DNA of 64,000 nt, taken from contig JAFQRV010000038.1 of the NCBI GenBank assembly GCA_017409905.1, positions 12,686-76,685 on the forward strand, in the 5' to 3' direction. The translations under genes were made by a program, and so were the position numbers. The first letter of the stretch is position 1. Each line of letters opens with the position of its first letter. Positions 37,050 to 46,613 of this stretch are shown here, one piece after another. A model generated the notes under the pieces. The model did not search any database. It saw only the letters and a list, made by a program, of their open reading frames with translations, and was not told the DNA's origin. Origin of the DNA: Bacilli bacterium. GTDB taxonomy: Bacteria > Bacillota_I > Bacilli_A > ML615J-28 > CAG-313.

Positions 37050-37616
37050 ATGAAAGAACTTGAAGAAAAGATTATTAAAGAGGGGAAGATATTCCCTGGA
37101 GATATCTTAAAGGTTGGAAGTTTTCTTAATCAGCAAGTTGATACTGAACTATTGGTGTTAATGGCTAAAGAAATTAAAAAAATCTTTAATGAAGGCGTTA
37201 CAAAGGTTTTAACAATTGAAGCCTCAGGAATTCCGTTTGCCTGTGCAATTGCGATGGAGTATAATGTTCCATTTGTATTTGCGAAAAAAGGGAAAGCGTC
37301 AAATTTACCTGATGATATTGTTTCTGCAAAAGTATATTCTTATACACATAATGTGGAAAATCATATTTATGTATCAAGAGAATTTATTAAAGAAACAGAT
37401 AAGGTATTAATAGTAGATGATTTTCTAGCTAACGGTGAAGCTTTAAAAGGCTTAATCGAGATTGTTGAAAAATGTAATGCTACAGTATTTGGATGCGCCG
37501 TTCAAATAGAAAAAGAATACCAAAATGGTGGTAATTCTTTAAGAGCTAAAGGATATAATATTGTCTCTTTAGCAAGCATCAAGGAAATAACTGAAAACAA
37601 AATTAAATTTAATTAG
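37050..37616 (+). CDS. xpt: xanthine phosphoribosyltransferase
   Basis: ORF track starts at GTG 37044. ATG 37050 gives MKELEEKIIKEGKIFPGDILKVGSFLNQQVD, closely matching the B. subtilis Xpt N-terminus. PRPP motif VLIVDDFLANGEA. Confidence 0.93.
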   Translation: MKELEEKIIKEGKIFPGDILKVGSFLNQQVDTELLVLMAKEIKKIFNEGVTKVLTIEASGIPFACAIAMEYNVPFVFAKKGKASNLPDDIVSAKVYSYTHNVENHIYVSREFIKETDKVLIVDDFLANGEALKGLIEIVEKCNATVFGCAVQIEKEYQNGGNSLRAKGYNIVSLASIKEITENKIKFN

Positions 37617-37624
37617 GAGGAATT

Positions 37625-38821
37625 ATGAAAAAGTTATTTAATTTATTTATTGTTTTATGTTTAGTTGTTGTTAGTTCTGTTTGTTTAGTTGCATGTGGTG
37701 GCAAAAAAACTTTTAAAGTAGGTTTAATTTGCTTACACGATGAAAGCTCAACTTATGATAAAAACTTTATTGATTCTATGTATCGTGCATTAGAAAATTT
37801 AGGTTTAGAAGAATCTCAATTAGAATTAGTTACTGGTATTGGCGAAGATGAATCTTGTTATCAAAAAGCTTCTGAACTTGCTCAAACTTGTGATATCGTA
37901 TTTGCTGACTCATTTGGTCATGAAGATTATATGATTCAAGCTGCTAAAGAAAATAAAGATGTTTGGTTCTGTCATTCTACAGGAACAAAAGCTCATACTG
38001 CTGGTTTAGCTAACTACTATAATGCTTTCGCTTCAATTTATGAAGGTAGATATTTAGCTGGTATCGCTGCTGGTATGAAATTAAATGAAATGATTGCTGC
38101 TAATGAAATTACTGCAGAACAAGCTATTATCGGTTATGTTGGTGCATTCGATTATGCTGAAGTAATTTCTGGTTATACTTCATTCTTCTTAGGTGCAAGA
38201 AGTGTTTGTCCAAGTGCTACAATGAAAGTTCGTTATACTTCAAGTTGGTATGATTTTGATAAAGAAAAATCAGCTGCTGAAGCTTTAATGCAAAATGATG
38301 GTTGTGTATTAATTAGCCAACATGCTGACTCTTACGGAGCTCCTGAAGCTTGTGAAAAAGCTGGCGTTCCTAACGTTGCTTACAATGGTTCAACAGCTGC
38401 AAAATGTCCTAATACTTATGTAGTATCTAGTAAAATTGACTGGGCACCTTATTATGAATATATGATTCAAGCTAAAATGGATGGTGAAGAAGTATCTGAA
38501 AAAGACTATACTGGTTCACTTTCAACTGGTTCTGTTAAATTAGATGCTGTTGGATCATGCGCTGCTGCAGGCACTCAAGCTGCTATTGATGCTGCTGCTG
38601 CTCAATTAAAAGCTGGTACTTTACATGTATTTGATATTAATACATTTACAGTTGATGGACAAAAAGTTACATCTCACTTAGCTGACGTTGATGATTTTGG
38701 AGATTTCAAAGGTGAAACTGAAGTTATTAAAGATGGATACTTCCATGAATCTGAATATCGTTCAGCTCCATATTTCGATTTAAGAATTGATGGAATTACT
38801 GAATTAAATAAGGCAGAATAA
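37625..38821 (+). CDS. BMP-family (PnrA/NupN-like) nucleoside ABC transporter substrate-binding lipoprotein
   Basis: Lipobox LVACGG. BMP-family pattern (KVGLICLHDESSTYDKNFID..., GYVGAFDYAEVISGY). TAGGAGG RBS. Confidence 0.88.
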   Translation: MKKLFNLFIVLCLVVVSSVCLVACGGKKTFKVGLICLHDESSTYDKNFIDSMYRALENLGLEESQLELVTGIGEDESCYQKASELAQTCDIVFADSFGHEDYMIQAAKENKDVWFCHSTGTKAHTAGLANYYNAFASIYEGRYLAGIAAGMKLNEMIAANEITAEQAIIGYVGAFDYAEVISGYTSFFLGARSVCPSATMKVRYTSSWYDFDKEKSAAEALMQNDGCVLISQHADSYGAPEACEKAGVPNVAYNGSTAAKCPNTYVVSSKIDWAPYYEYMIQAKMDGEEVSEKDYTGSLSTGSVKLDAVGSCAAAGTQAAIDAAAAQLKAGTLHVFDINTFTVDGQKVTSHLADVDDFGDFKGETEVIKDGYFHESEYRSAPYFDLRIDGITELNKAE

Positions 38822-38833
38822 TAATTCTGCCTT
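38810..38833 (+). terminator. hairpin overlapping the stop codon of the BMP lipoprotein gene (intra-operon attenuator/stabiliser)
   Basis: AAGGCAGAAU-AAUA-AUUCUGCCUU, a perfect 10-bp stem. The U-tract is interrupted (UCUAUAAUUUUU). Confidence 0.4.
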
Positions 38834-38871
38834 TCTATAATTTTTAAAACTAATTTCATAGGAGTTTAATT

Positions 38872-40446
38872 ATGGAAAATAAAGAAATAAAGTTAGAATT
38901 AAAAAACATATCAAAGCATTTTAAAGGTGTTTATGCTAATAAGAATGTTAATATCAATTTATATAAGGGTGAAATTTTATCAATTTTAGGAGAAAATGGT
39001 TCTGGTAAAACTACTCTTATGAATATATTATCAGGCATTTATACTCCAGATGAGGGTGAAGTTTATATTAATGGCAAAATTGCAGAAATTCATTCACCGC
39101 GTGATGCTTTTGAATATGGTATTGGAATGGTTCATCAACATTTTAAATTAGTTGATACTTTTTCAGCAATTGAAAATATCATCTTAGGATTAAAAGAAAA
39201 AGTAAGTTTAAAAGATGCATATGATAAAGCTAATGGAATAGCTGAAAGATATGGATTTAAAATTGATCTTAAGAAGAAAATCCATAATATGTCAGTTTCT
39301 GAAAAACAAACAGTCGAAATTATTAAGGTTTTATATCGTAACGTAGATATCTTAATCTTAGATGAACCTACAGCTGTATTAACTCCTCAAGAAATTGAAA
39401 AGTTATTTAATGTTATCAGAAAAATGCGTGAAGATAATAAATCAATTATCATTATTACTCATAAACTTAATGAAGTTATGAGTATATCAGATAGAGTATC
39501 AATCTTACGTAAAGGTGAATATATTGGTACATTAAATACTAATGAAACTAATGAAAGAGAATTGACAAATTACATGGTTGGTAATAAAGTTGATTTAAGA
39601 CTTGAAAGATTACGCCAAGGTGCAACTTCTCCAACATTAGAAATTAGACATTTAAACGTTAAAAAAGATGATGGCACAACTGCCATTAAAGATTTAAACT
39701 TTTTCTTAAGAGGCGGACAAATCTTAGGGGTTGCCGGTATTGCAGGTTGTGGCCAAAAAGAATTATGTGAAGCGATAGTTGGCTTAAGAAGTTATAAAGG
39801 AAATATTACCCATTTTGGTAAATCAATTGTTGGTTATAGCGCTGATCAAATCAAAGAAATTGGTATAAGAATGAGTTTTATACCAGAAGATAGATTGGGT
39901 TTAGGACTTGCTCCAAACTTATCAATTGTTGATAATTTATTACTTAAAAGTTATAATAAGAAAAAAGGTATCTTTGTTGATCGTAAAAGTGCTAGAATAG
40001 AAACAATGGAATTAATTAAACGATATAATGTTAAAGCTGAATCAATTGATGCACCTGTTAAAAATTTAAGTGGTGGTAATATTCAAAAGATTCTTGTAGG
40101 TAGAGAAATTGGAACTGATCCTAATGTTATTATTACTGCATATCCAGTAAGAGGATTAGATATTAACTCTGCTTATATGATTTATGATATTTTAAATGAA
40201 GAAAAAGCCAAAAATACTGCTATTTTGTTTATTGGGGAAGACTTAGACGTATTACTTACTTTCTGTGATAAGATTATGGTTTTATGTGAAGGTGAGAATA
40301 TGGGTATTGTACATACAAAAGAAACTAATAAAGAAGAAATTGGTTTAATGATGACTGGGGCTAGAAATCTACTTAAGTTATATCCAGAAAGAAAAATTGG
40401 TTTTGCAAGTGATTCATTAATTAAAGAAGACGAGGTGAATGAATAA
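38872..40446 (+). CDS. nucleoside/sugar-type ABC transporter ATP-binding protein (duplicated NBD, NupO-like)
   Basis: First NBD has GENGSGKTT, LSVSEKQTVEI and LILDEPT. The second NBD has a degenerate Walker A (GIAGCGQKE) and LSGGNIQK. This is the typical CUT2/BMP-system ATPase. Confidence 0.92.
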   Translation: MENKEIKLELKNISKHFKGVYANKNVNINLYKGEILSILGENGSGKTTLMNILSGIYTPDEGEVYINGKIAEIHSPRDAFEYGIGMVHQHFKLVDTFSAIENIILGLKEKVSLKDAYDKANGIAERYGFKIDLKKKIHNMSVSEKQTVEIIKVLYRNVDILILDEPTAVLTPQEIEKLFNVIRKMREDNKSIIIITHKLNEVMSISDRVSILRKGEYIGTLNTNETNERELTNYMVGNKVDLRLERLRQGATSPTLEIRHLNVKKDDGTTAIKDLNFFLRGGQILGVAGIAGCGQKELCEAIVGLRSYKGNITHFGKSIVGYSADQIKEIGIRMSFIPEDRLGLGLAPNLSIVDNLLLKSYNKKKGIFVDRKSARIETMELIKRYNVKAESIDAPVKNLSGGNIQKILVGREIGTDPNVIITAYPVRGLDINSAYMIYDILNEEKAKNTAILFIGEDLDVLLTFCDKIMVLCEGENMGIVHTKETNKEEIGLMMTGARNLLKLYPERKIGFASDSLIKEDEVNE

Positions 40447-41561
40447 TGAGTGAAAATAAACGAACACATACTCCTTTAATCTCTGTATTTAAAAGAGAAG
40501 AATTACCTCGTTCAAAATCTATAATGATAAGAGTTGCAACTTTTGTTGGTTCATTCTTTGTTGCGATGTTTTTATGCTTTTTAGTAATTAAAGAAAATTA
40601 TTTCGGTATTATTGGCACAATGTTTGCCGGTGCTGTTATTCGACCTTGGAAATTATTAATGGATACAGCACTATTATTAGCATTTGGTATCGCGATAGTA
40701 CCAGCTTTTAAAATGAAGTTTTGGAATATGGGTGCTAATGGTCAAGTATTAGTAGGAGCATTAGTATCAATTGTTTTAATGTTTTATTTAGGCGATTTTG
40801 CAGCTAAAAGCACAATAAATAATATTTTATTACTTCTTTTAATGCTTGTATGTAGTATTATTGCAAGTGTAATTTGGGCTGTAATTCCTGCTATATTTAA
40901 AGTGTTCTTTAAAACAAATGAGACTTTATTTACTTTAATGATGAACTATATTGCTGGAGGATTAGTTGCTTACGTAAATTATGTTTTAGCAGAAGGTAAA
41001 AAAGAATCTCCAGGTATTGTAAACGCTGCAACTGAAGCTGGTTGGTTTCCAGTAGTAGTCGATAAGTATTTTCTTCCAATTGTTATTATTTTAATTATTA
41101 GTGTTTTAATTTATTTTTATATGAGCAAAACAAAACATGGTTATGAAATAAGTGTTGTTGGTGATAGCATTAATACCGCAAAATATGTTGGAATGAAAAC
41201 AGGAAAAATTATTATTCGAACTTTAATAGTATCAGGTATTATTTGTGGAATTATAGGATTCTTGTACTCATCAGCAATCAACCACTCAATTAATCAATAT
41301 ACTTGTGGATCTTTAGGATTTACTGCAGTACTTGTTGCTTGGTTATCCAACTTTAATCCATTAACTATGGGAGGGATATCATTTGTATTAGCTTTCTTAA
41401 CAAATGGAACTTCAAAAGTATCTTCTATATATCGTTTAGGAACTAATGATTTTTCTAATGTAATAATTGGTTTAATTTTCTTCTCAATTTTAATAAGTGA
41501 ATTCTTTATTCGCTTTAGAGTAAGAATAAATAAAAGAAATAGAAAGGAAGGTGTTGAATAA
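40446..41561 (+). CDS. ABC transporter permease (NupP/YufP-like)
   Basis: Polytopic membrane protein of the BPD_transp_2 type. Start overlaps the upstream stop (TAATG). Confidence 0.88.
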   Translation: MSENKRTHTPLISVFKREELPRSKSIMIRVATFVGSFFVAMFLCFLVIKENYFGIIGTMFAGAVIRPWKLLMDTALLLAFGIAIVPAFKMKFWNMGANGQVLVGALVSIVLMFYLGDFAAKSTINNILLLLLMLVCSIIASVIWAVIPAIFKVFFKTNETLFTLMMNYIAGGLVAYVNYVLAEGKKESPGIVNAATEAGWFPVVVDKYFLPIVIILIISVLIYFYMSKTKHGYEISVVGDSINTAKYVGMKTGKIIIRTLIVSGIICGIIGFLYSSAINHSINQYTCGSLGFTAVLVAWLSNFNPLTMGGISFVLAFLTNGTSKVSSIYRLGTNDFSNVIIGLIFFSILISEFFIRFRVRINKRNRKEGVE

Positions 41562-42523
41562 TGAATTTAGTTACATTTTTAACAGCTGCTATTTCTATGG
41601 GTGTTGTATATTTATATGGCTCTGTTGGTGAAACGATTATGGAAAAAGGTGGTAATCTTAACCTAGGGATTCCTGGTATTATGTCATTAGGTGCTTTAGG
41701 TGGTGTAATTGGTTGTAATATTTACATTTCAATATTTGGTGTTGATAATATTGTAGGGATATTTATTATATTATTTGCGATTATTTTTGCATTTTTGTTT
41801 GCTGCAATTGGTGGTGGAATATACGCTTTACTTACTGTAACTTTCCAAGCAAATCAAAATGTTACAGGTTTAATTCTAACTACATTTGGTGTTGGTTTAA
41901 TGAAATTTATTGGTTCAAATATTGATCAATCTAATTTAACTACAGCAAGTCGAAGTATTAGTAAACTATTTACAAACTATGAAGCATTAGGATGGTTTGG
42001 TGAAATCTTTTGTTCTCATGGTTTCTTAGTATATTTAGCATTTATTATCGCAATCCTTACATCAGTATTTTTAAAACGTACAAGAAAAGGATTGTTCTTA
42101 AGAAGCATTGGCGAATCTCCACAGACAGCTGATGCTCAAGGTATTAATGTTACTTTATATAAATATGTTGCTATTTTAGTGGGTAGTGGCATTGCGGGGC
42201 TTGGTGGATTATACTATGTTATGGATAGAAGTGGTGGTACAACATTTGTTGAAGCCGCAATTGAGGCTTTTGGCTGGATGGCTGTAGCTTTAGTAATTTT
42301 CTCAATGTGGAAGCCAACTGTTGGTATATTTGGTTCAATTTTGTTTGGTGGATTATACATATTACCAAGTTTCATTAATGTATCAAATATTCAATTAAAA
42401 CTATTTGAAATACTACCTTATTTAGTAACAGTACTAGTATTAATTATTACTTCTATTGTGAATAATAAAAATAGTCAACCACCTCAGTCATTAGGTATTA
42501 ATTATTATAGGGAGGAAAGATAA
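41561..42523 (+). CDS. ABC transporter permease (NupQ/YufQ-like)
   Basis: Polytopic membrane protein and second permease of the BMP system. Start overlaps the upstream stop (TAATG). Confidence 0.88.
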   Translation: MNLVTFLTAAISMGVVYLYGSVGETIMEKGGNLNLGIPGIMSLGALGGVIGCNIYISIFGVDNIVGIFIILFAIIFAFLFAAIGGGIYALLTVTFQANQNVTGLILTTFGVGLMKFIGSNIDQSNLTTASRSISKLFTNYEALGWFGEIFCSHGFLVYLAFIIAILTSVFLKRTRKGLFLRSIGESPQTADAQGINVTLYKYVAILVGSGIAGLGGLYYVMDRSGGTTFVEAAIEAFGWMAVALVIFSMWKPTVGIFGSILFGGLYILPSFINVSNIQLKLFEILPYLVTVLVLIITSIVNNKNSQPPQSLGINYYREER

Positions 42524-43500
42524 TGAGTGATTTAAGAAGTTCAGATTTTGTTAGAATTACAAATCAAGAACTCGCAAATAAATTTATTGAATCTTCAGTT
42601 AAAGAATTAAGAGAGCAAATTAAAGATAATAAAGTTATTTTGGCTTTATCTGGAGGTGTTGACTCTAGCGTTGTAGCAGCACTATTGAATAAAGCCATTG
42701 GTAAAAACTTAATTTGTATTCACATTAACCATGGTTTCTTAAGAAAAAATGAAAGTGCTGAAGTAGTTAGAATGTTTAGGGAAGAATTTGATTTAAACTT
42801 AATCTACTTAGATGAAGCTGAATATTTCTTAAGTAAATTAAAAGGGGTAAGTGAACCTGAAGAAAAAAGAAAGATAATCGGAAGAGAATTTATTACTTGC
42901 TTTTCAAATGAAGCTAAGAAATTAAAAGATATTAAATTTTTAGCTCAAGGAACAATTTATCCAGATATTACAGAAAGTAAGGGTATAAAAGCTCATCACA
43001 ATGTTGGTGGATTACCAGAAGAGTTGAATTTTGAACTTGTAGAACCAATTAAATTATTATATAAAGATGAAGTTCGTCAAGTAGGTCTTGCATTAGGTTT
43101 AAGTAAAGATTTAATTTTCCGTCAACCATTCCCAGGTCCTGGCCTTGCGGTTAGATGCCCCGGAGAAATTGATCGTGAACGTCTTGAAATTGTTCGTGAA
43201 TCTGATGCTATTTTAAGAGAAGAATTTCAAAAATGTGGTTTAAATGAAAAAGTATGGCAATACTTTACAGTAGTACCAGATTATAGAACTGTTGGTATAA
43301 AAGACGATAAAAGAACTTATTTATATTTTGTTGTTATTAGAGCAGTTAATTCAGTTGATGCAACAACTGCTTCAGTTGAAGAAATTCCATATGATATTTT
43401 ATTTAAAATTAGAGACCGTATGTTAAGTGAAGTAGTAGGAATTAATCGTGTGTTAATCGATATTACTCCTAAGCCTACAGGTACCATTGAATGGGAATAA
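42523..43500 (+). CDS. guaA: GMP synthase, ATP-pyrophosphatase/dimerisation domains only (no glutamine amidotransferase domain)
   Basis: 325 aa. PP-loop VILALSGGVDSSV about 40 aa from the N-terminus. AQGTIYPDITES, HHNVGGLPE, and the canonical C-terminus KPTGTIEWE. No class-I GATase sequence is present. GGGAGG RBS. Start overlaps the permease stop. Confidence 0.9.
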   Translation: MSDLRSSDFVRITNQELANKFIESSVKELREQIKDNKVILALSGGVDSSVVAALLNKAIGKNLICIHINHGFLRKNESAEVVRMFREEFDLNLIYLDEAEYFLSKLKGVSEPEEKRKIIGREFITCFSNEAKKLKDIKFLAQGTIYPDITESKGIKAHHNVGGLPEELNFELVEPIKLLYKDEVRQVGLALGLSKDLIFRQPFPGPGLAVRCPGEIDRERLEIVRESDAILREEFQKCGLNEKVWQYFTVVPDYRTVGIKDDKRTYLYFVVIRAVNSVDATTASVEEIPYDILFKIRDRMLSEVVGINRVLIDITPKPTGTIEWE

Positions 43501-43504
43501 TAAT

Positions 43505-43541
43505 AAGTCGAAACTTTAAAAAATAGAGTTTCGACTTTTTT
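43505..43541 (+). terminator. intrinsic terminator after guaA
   Basis: AAGUCGAAACU-(loop)-AGUUUCGACUU plus U-run. Confidence 0.8.
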
Positions 43542-43579
43542 ATTTTAATTAAGAGATATTTTTTGGAAGATTTTAATGC

Positions 43580-43608
43580 TTGAAAAAAACACTCTAAAAT
43601 GATATACT
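43580..43608 (+). promoter_or_regulatory. sigma-A-type extended -10 promoter (dnaE cluster)
   Basis: TTGAAA, 17-nt spacer ending TGa, TATACT (43603-08). Confidence 0.55.
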
Positions 43609-43628
43609 AATAAAGAGGAGGGCAGATT

Positions 43629-46604
43629 ATGATTTTTAATTTAGTATTGAGAACTGAATATTCTTTTTTAAGTAGTCTTTGCTCTCTTGAAAAAACTATT
43701 CAAACTGCAAAAGATTATGGATATAATGCTTTAGCAATATCTGATATTCATAATTTACATGGTGGATATAAATTTTATAAGTTATGTAAAAAATACAATA
43801 TTAAACCAATTATTGGTATTGAAATAATTGTTGAATATAATGGTTATGAAGAAAATTTATTAGTATATGCCATGGACAATTTTGGTTATAATAATGTTTT
43901 AAAGATTGCGAGTAAGCAAAAAATCAATAATAAAGTTGATTTATCTTTTCTTCAAAATACATCAATTGGTGTTTTAGCTGTTTTACCACCTCATAATAAT
44001 CAATTAATAAATAGAAACTCTCAATTAATTAATTTTTTAAAAAATATCTATAGTGATTTTTATATTGGAATTAACAAAGAATTAGTAGATAGTTTTGAGT
44101 ATGTTGATATTCATAATTGGTTAGTTTCACTTGGGGTTAAAGAAGTTGCGGTTAATGAAACATGTTATATTAGAAAAGAAGAACATAGTACTTTAATGGT
44201 ATTAAATGCTATAAAGAATAATAAAATTTTAAGAGATATTGAAGATGATAAGAAAGATTATCATTTTTATAGTGTAAATGAATTTAATATAGTTTTTGGA
44301 AAATACTCCTATTTATTAGATTCTTTAAAAGAAATTAATAAAAAGTGTTTTGTGGAAATTAAAAACAATGGTTTTATTTTGCCAAAATATGATGAAAATA
44401 TTGATGCGGTTAGTTATTTAAAAGCATTGTGTTATAAAGGTTTACAAAAAAGATTAAATAATGTTTCTAATGTTTATTTACAAAGATTAGAAAAAGAATT
44501 AAAGATTATTGAACAAATGGGTTTTGCAGATTACTTTTTAGTAGTATGGGATTATGTAAAGTATGCTAAAAAGAACGATATATTAGTAGGTCCTGGAAGA
44601 GGATCTGCTCCAGCATCACTTGTTAGTTATTCATTAGGAATTACGGAAATTGATCCAATTAAATACAATTTATTATTTGAACGATTCTTAAATCCAGAAA
44701 GAATTTCCATGCCTGATATTGATATCGACTTCCCTGATAATAAAAGAGATGAAGTAATCCGGTATGTTGGAAGTAGATATGGCAAAATGTCAGTTGCACA
44801 TATTGCAACATTTGGTACATTTGCATCTAAAAGTGCTATTAGGGATGTTGCAAAAGCTCTTGAATTAAGTGATGTTAGACTTGAAGAAATTTTAAAGCAT
44901 ATAAAAGATTCAAAAAAATCTTTAGTTGAAATCTATCGTGAAGATGAGTCTTTACAAGCTTTAACAAACAACTATGAAGATATCAAAAAGGTTATAGAAA
45001 CAGCTATTCAAATAAGTGGTTTACCGCGTAATGTTTCAACTCATGCAGCGGGTATTATCATTACTAAAAATGAATTAACTAATTACACTCCTTTAGATTT
45101 AGGCTTAAATGATATTTATCAAACTCAATATGAAGCAAGTGATTTAGAAGAACTTGGACTTTTAAAGATGGACTTTTTAGGTTTAAGAAATCTAACAATT
45201 ATTAAAAATTGTATAGATGGTATTAAAAAAGATTATCCAGATTTTAAATTACCAAGTACTTTTGATGATAAAGCGACTCTTGCATTAATCACAAATGGTG
45301 ATACAACAGGGGTATTCCAATTAGAATCAGAAGGAATGAAACAAACTCTAAGACAATTAAAAGTTGATTCTTTTAATGATATTTGTTCAGCACTAGCTTT
45401 ATATCGACCAGGTCCTATGGATATGATTCCGACTTTTATCAATCGAAAACTAGGAATAGAAAAAGTAAGTTATGTTCATAAAGATTTGGAAAACATCTTA
45501 AAACCAACAAATGGTATTATTGTTTATCAAGAACAAATTATTATGATTGCTTGTCAATTTGCAGGATATTCATTAGGTGAGGCAGACATTCTAAGAAGAG
45601 CAGTATCTAAGAAAAAGAAAGATGTCTTAGAAAAAGAAAAGAATAAATTTGTTACTTCTTCAATGAAAAAGGGGTATTCGATTGAAGTAGCGGAAGAAAT
45701 ATATGAATATATTATTAAGTTTGCAAACTATGGATTTAATAAAGCTCATAGTGTTGCATATTCTGTAATTGCATATTATACAGCCTATTTAAAATGCCAT
45801 TTTTCAAAATATTATTATAGTGTCTTATTAAATAGTGTTATAGGAACTACTAATTTAGTTAATAATTATATTTTTGAACTAAATAAAAGAAAAATTAAGG
45901 TTGCAAGTCCAGATATTAATTTATCAACTGATGAATATCAAGTTATAAGTGGAAAGATTATTTTACCACTTACTCAAATAGAAGGAATTGGTCCTAGTTA
46001 CTATGAAATTATTAGTAATGTAAGACAAGATGGTTTTAAATCTTTTGAAGATTTCATTGAAAAATGTGGAGAAGAACTTCCAGCTAGTTTAATCGAGAAT
46101 TTAATCTATGCAGGAGCATTAGATTCTTTTGGTATTACTAAAAAGAGTATGATAGATAACTATGGATTATTAATAAATAGAAAGAAATATTCGTTTGTTA
46201 AAAACACTTTAAAAATCGAATTTACTAATGAAGAGTTTAGTTATGGTTATTTACTTTCAAAAGAAAATGAAATGTTGGGAGTAAATATTAAATATAATTT
46301 CTTATATCAATATGAAGGATATTATCGTAGAAGAACTGCAATCCATATTGAGGATATAAAGGAAGGGAAAGTTACAGTTCTTGGTGCTGTTACAAAGATT
46401 AGAGAGATTACTACTAAAAAAGATACAAAAATGTTTTTTATAAATATTAAGGATGAAACTGGAACAATTAGTGTTACTGTATTTCCAAGTTTTTATGAAA
46501 CTTTTAAACAAATTCGAGTTGGTATGGTTTTAATAATAACTGGTAAGGCAGAAAAACGAAATAATGAAATGCAAATTGTTTTAGATGATTTTAGGCAAAT
46601 ATAG
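43629..46604 (+). CDS. dnaE: DNA polymerase III alpha subunit DnaE (short Firmicute type)
   Basis: N-terminal PHP domain (LRTEYSFLSS..., HNLHGG). Pol IIIa core (GPGRGSAPASLVSYSLGITEIDP, MPDIDIDF, STHAAGIII). C-terminal OB fold. GAGGAGGG RBS. Confidence 0.95.
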   Translation: MIFNLVLRTEYSFLSSLCSLEKTIQTAKDYGYNALAISDIHNLHGGYKFYKLCKKYNIKPIIGIEIIVEYNGYEENLLVYAMDNFGYNNVLKIASKQKINNKVDLSFLQNTSIGVLAVLPPHNNQLINRNSQLINFLKNIYSDFYIGINKELVDSFEYVDIHNWLVSLGVKEVAVNETCYIRKEEHSTLMVLNAIKNNKILRDIEDDKKDYHFYSVNEFNIVFGKYSYLLDSLKEINKKCFVEIKNNGFILPKYDENIDAVSYLKALCYKGLQKRLNNVSNVYLQRLEKELKIIEQMGFADYFLVVWDYVKYAKKNDILVGPGRGSAPASLVSYSLGITEIDPIKYNLLFERFLNPERISMPDIDIDFPDNKRDEVIRYVGSRYGKMSVAHIATFGTFASKSAIRDVAKALELSDVRLEEILKHIKDSKKSLVEIYREDESLQALTNNYEDIKKVIETAIQISGLPRNVSTHAAGIIITKNELTNYTPLDLGLNDIYQTQYEASDLEELGLLKMDFLGLRNLTIIKNCIDGIKKDYPDFKLPSTFDDKATLALITNGDTTGVFQLESEGMKQTLRQLKVDSFNDICSALALYRPGPMDMIPTFINRKLGIEKVSYVHKDLENILKPTNGIIVYQEQIIMIACQFAGYSLGEADILRRAVSKKKKDVLEKEKNKFVTSSMKKGYSIEVAEEIYEYIIKFANYGFNKAHSVAYSVIAYYTAYLKCHFSKYYYSVLLNSVIGTTNLVNNYIFELNKRKIKVASPDINLSTDEYQVISGKIILPLTQIEGIGPSYYEIISNVRQDGFKSFEDFIEKCGEELPASLIENLIYAGALDSFGITKKSMIDNYGLLINRKKYSFVKNTLKIEFTNEEFSYGYLLSKENEMLGVNIKYNFLYQYEGYYRRRTAIHIEDIKEGKVTVLGAVTKIREITTKKDTKMFFINIKDETGTISVTVFPSFYETFKQIRVGMVLIITGKAEKRNNEMQIVLDDFRQI

Positions 46605-46613
46605 GAGGATACA

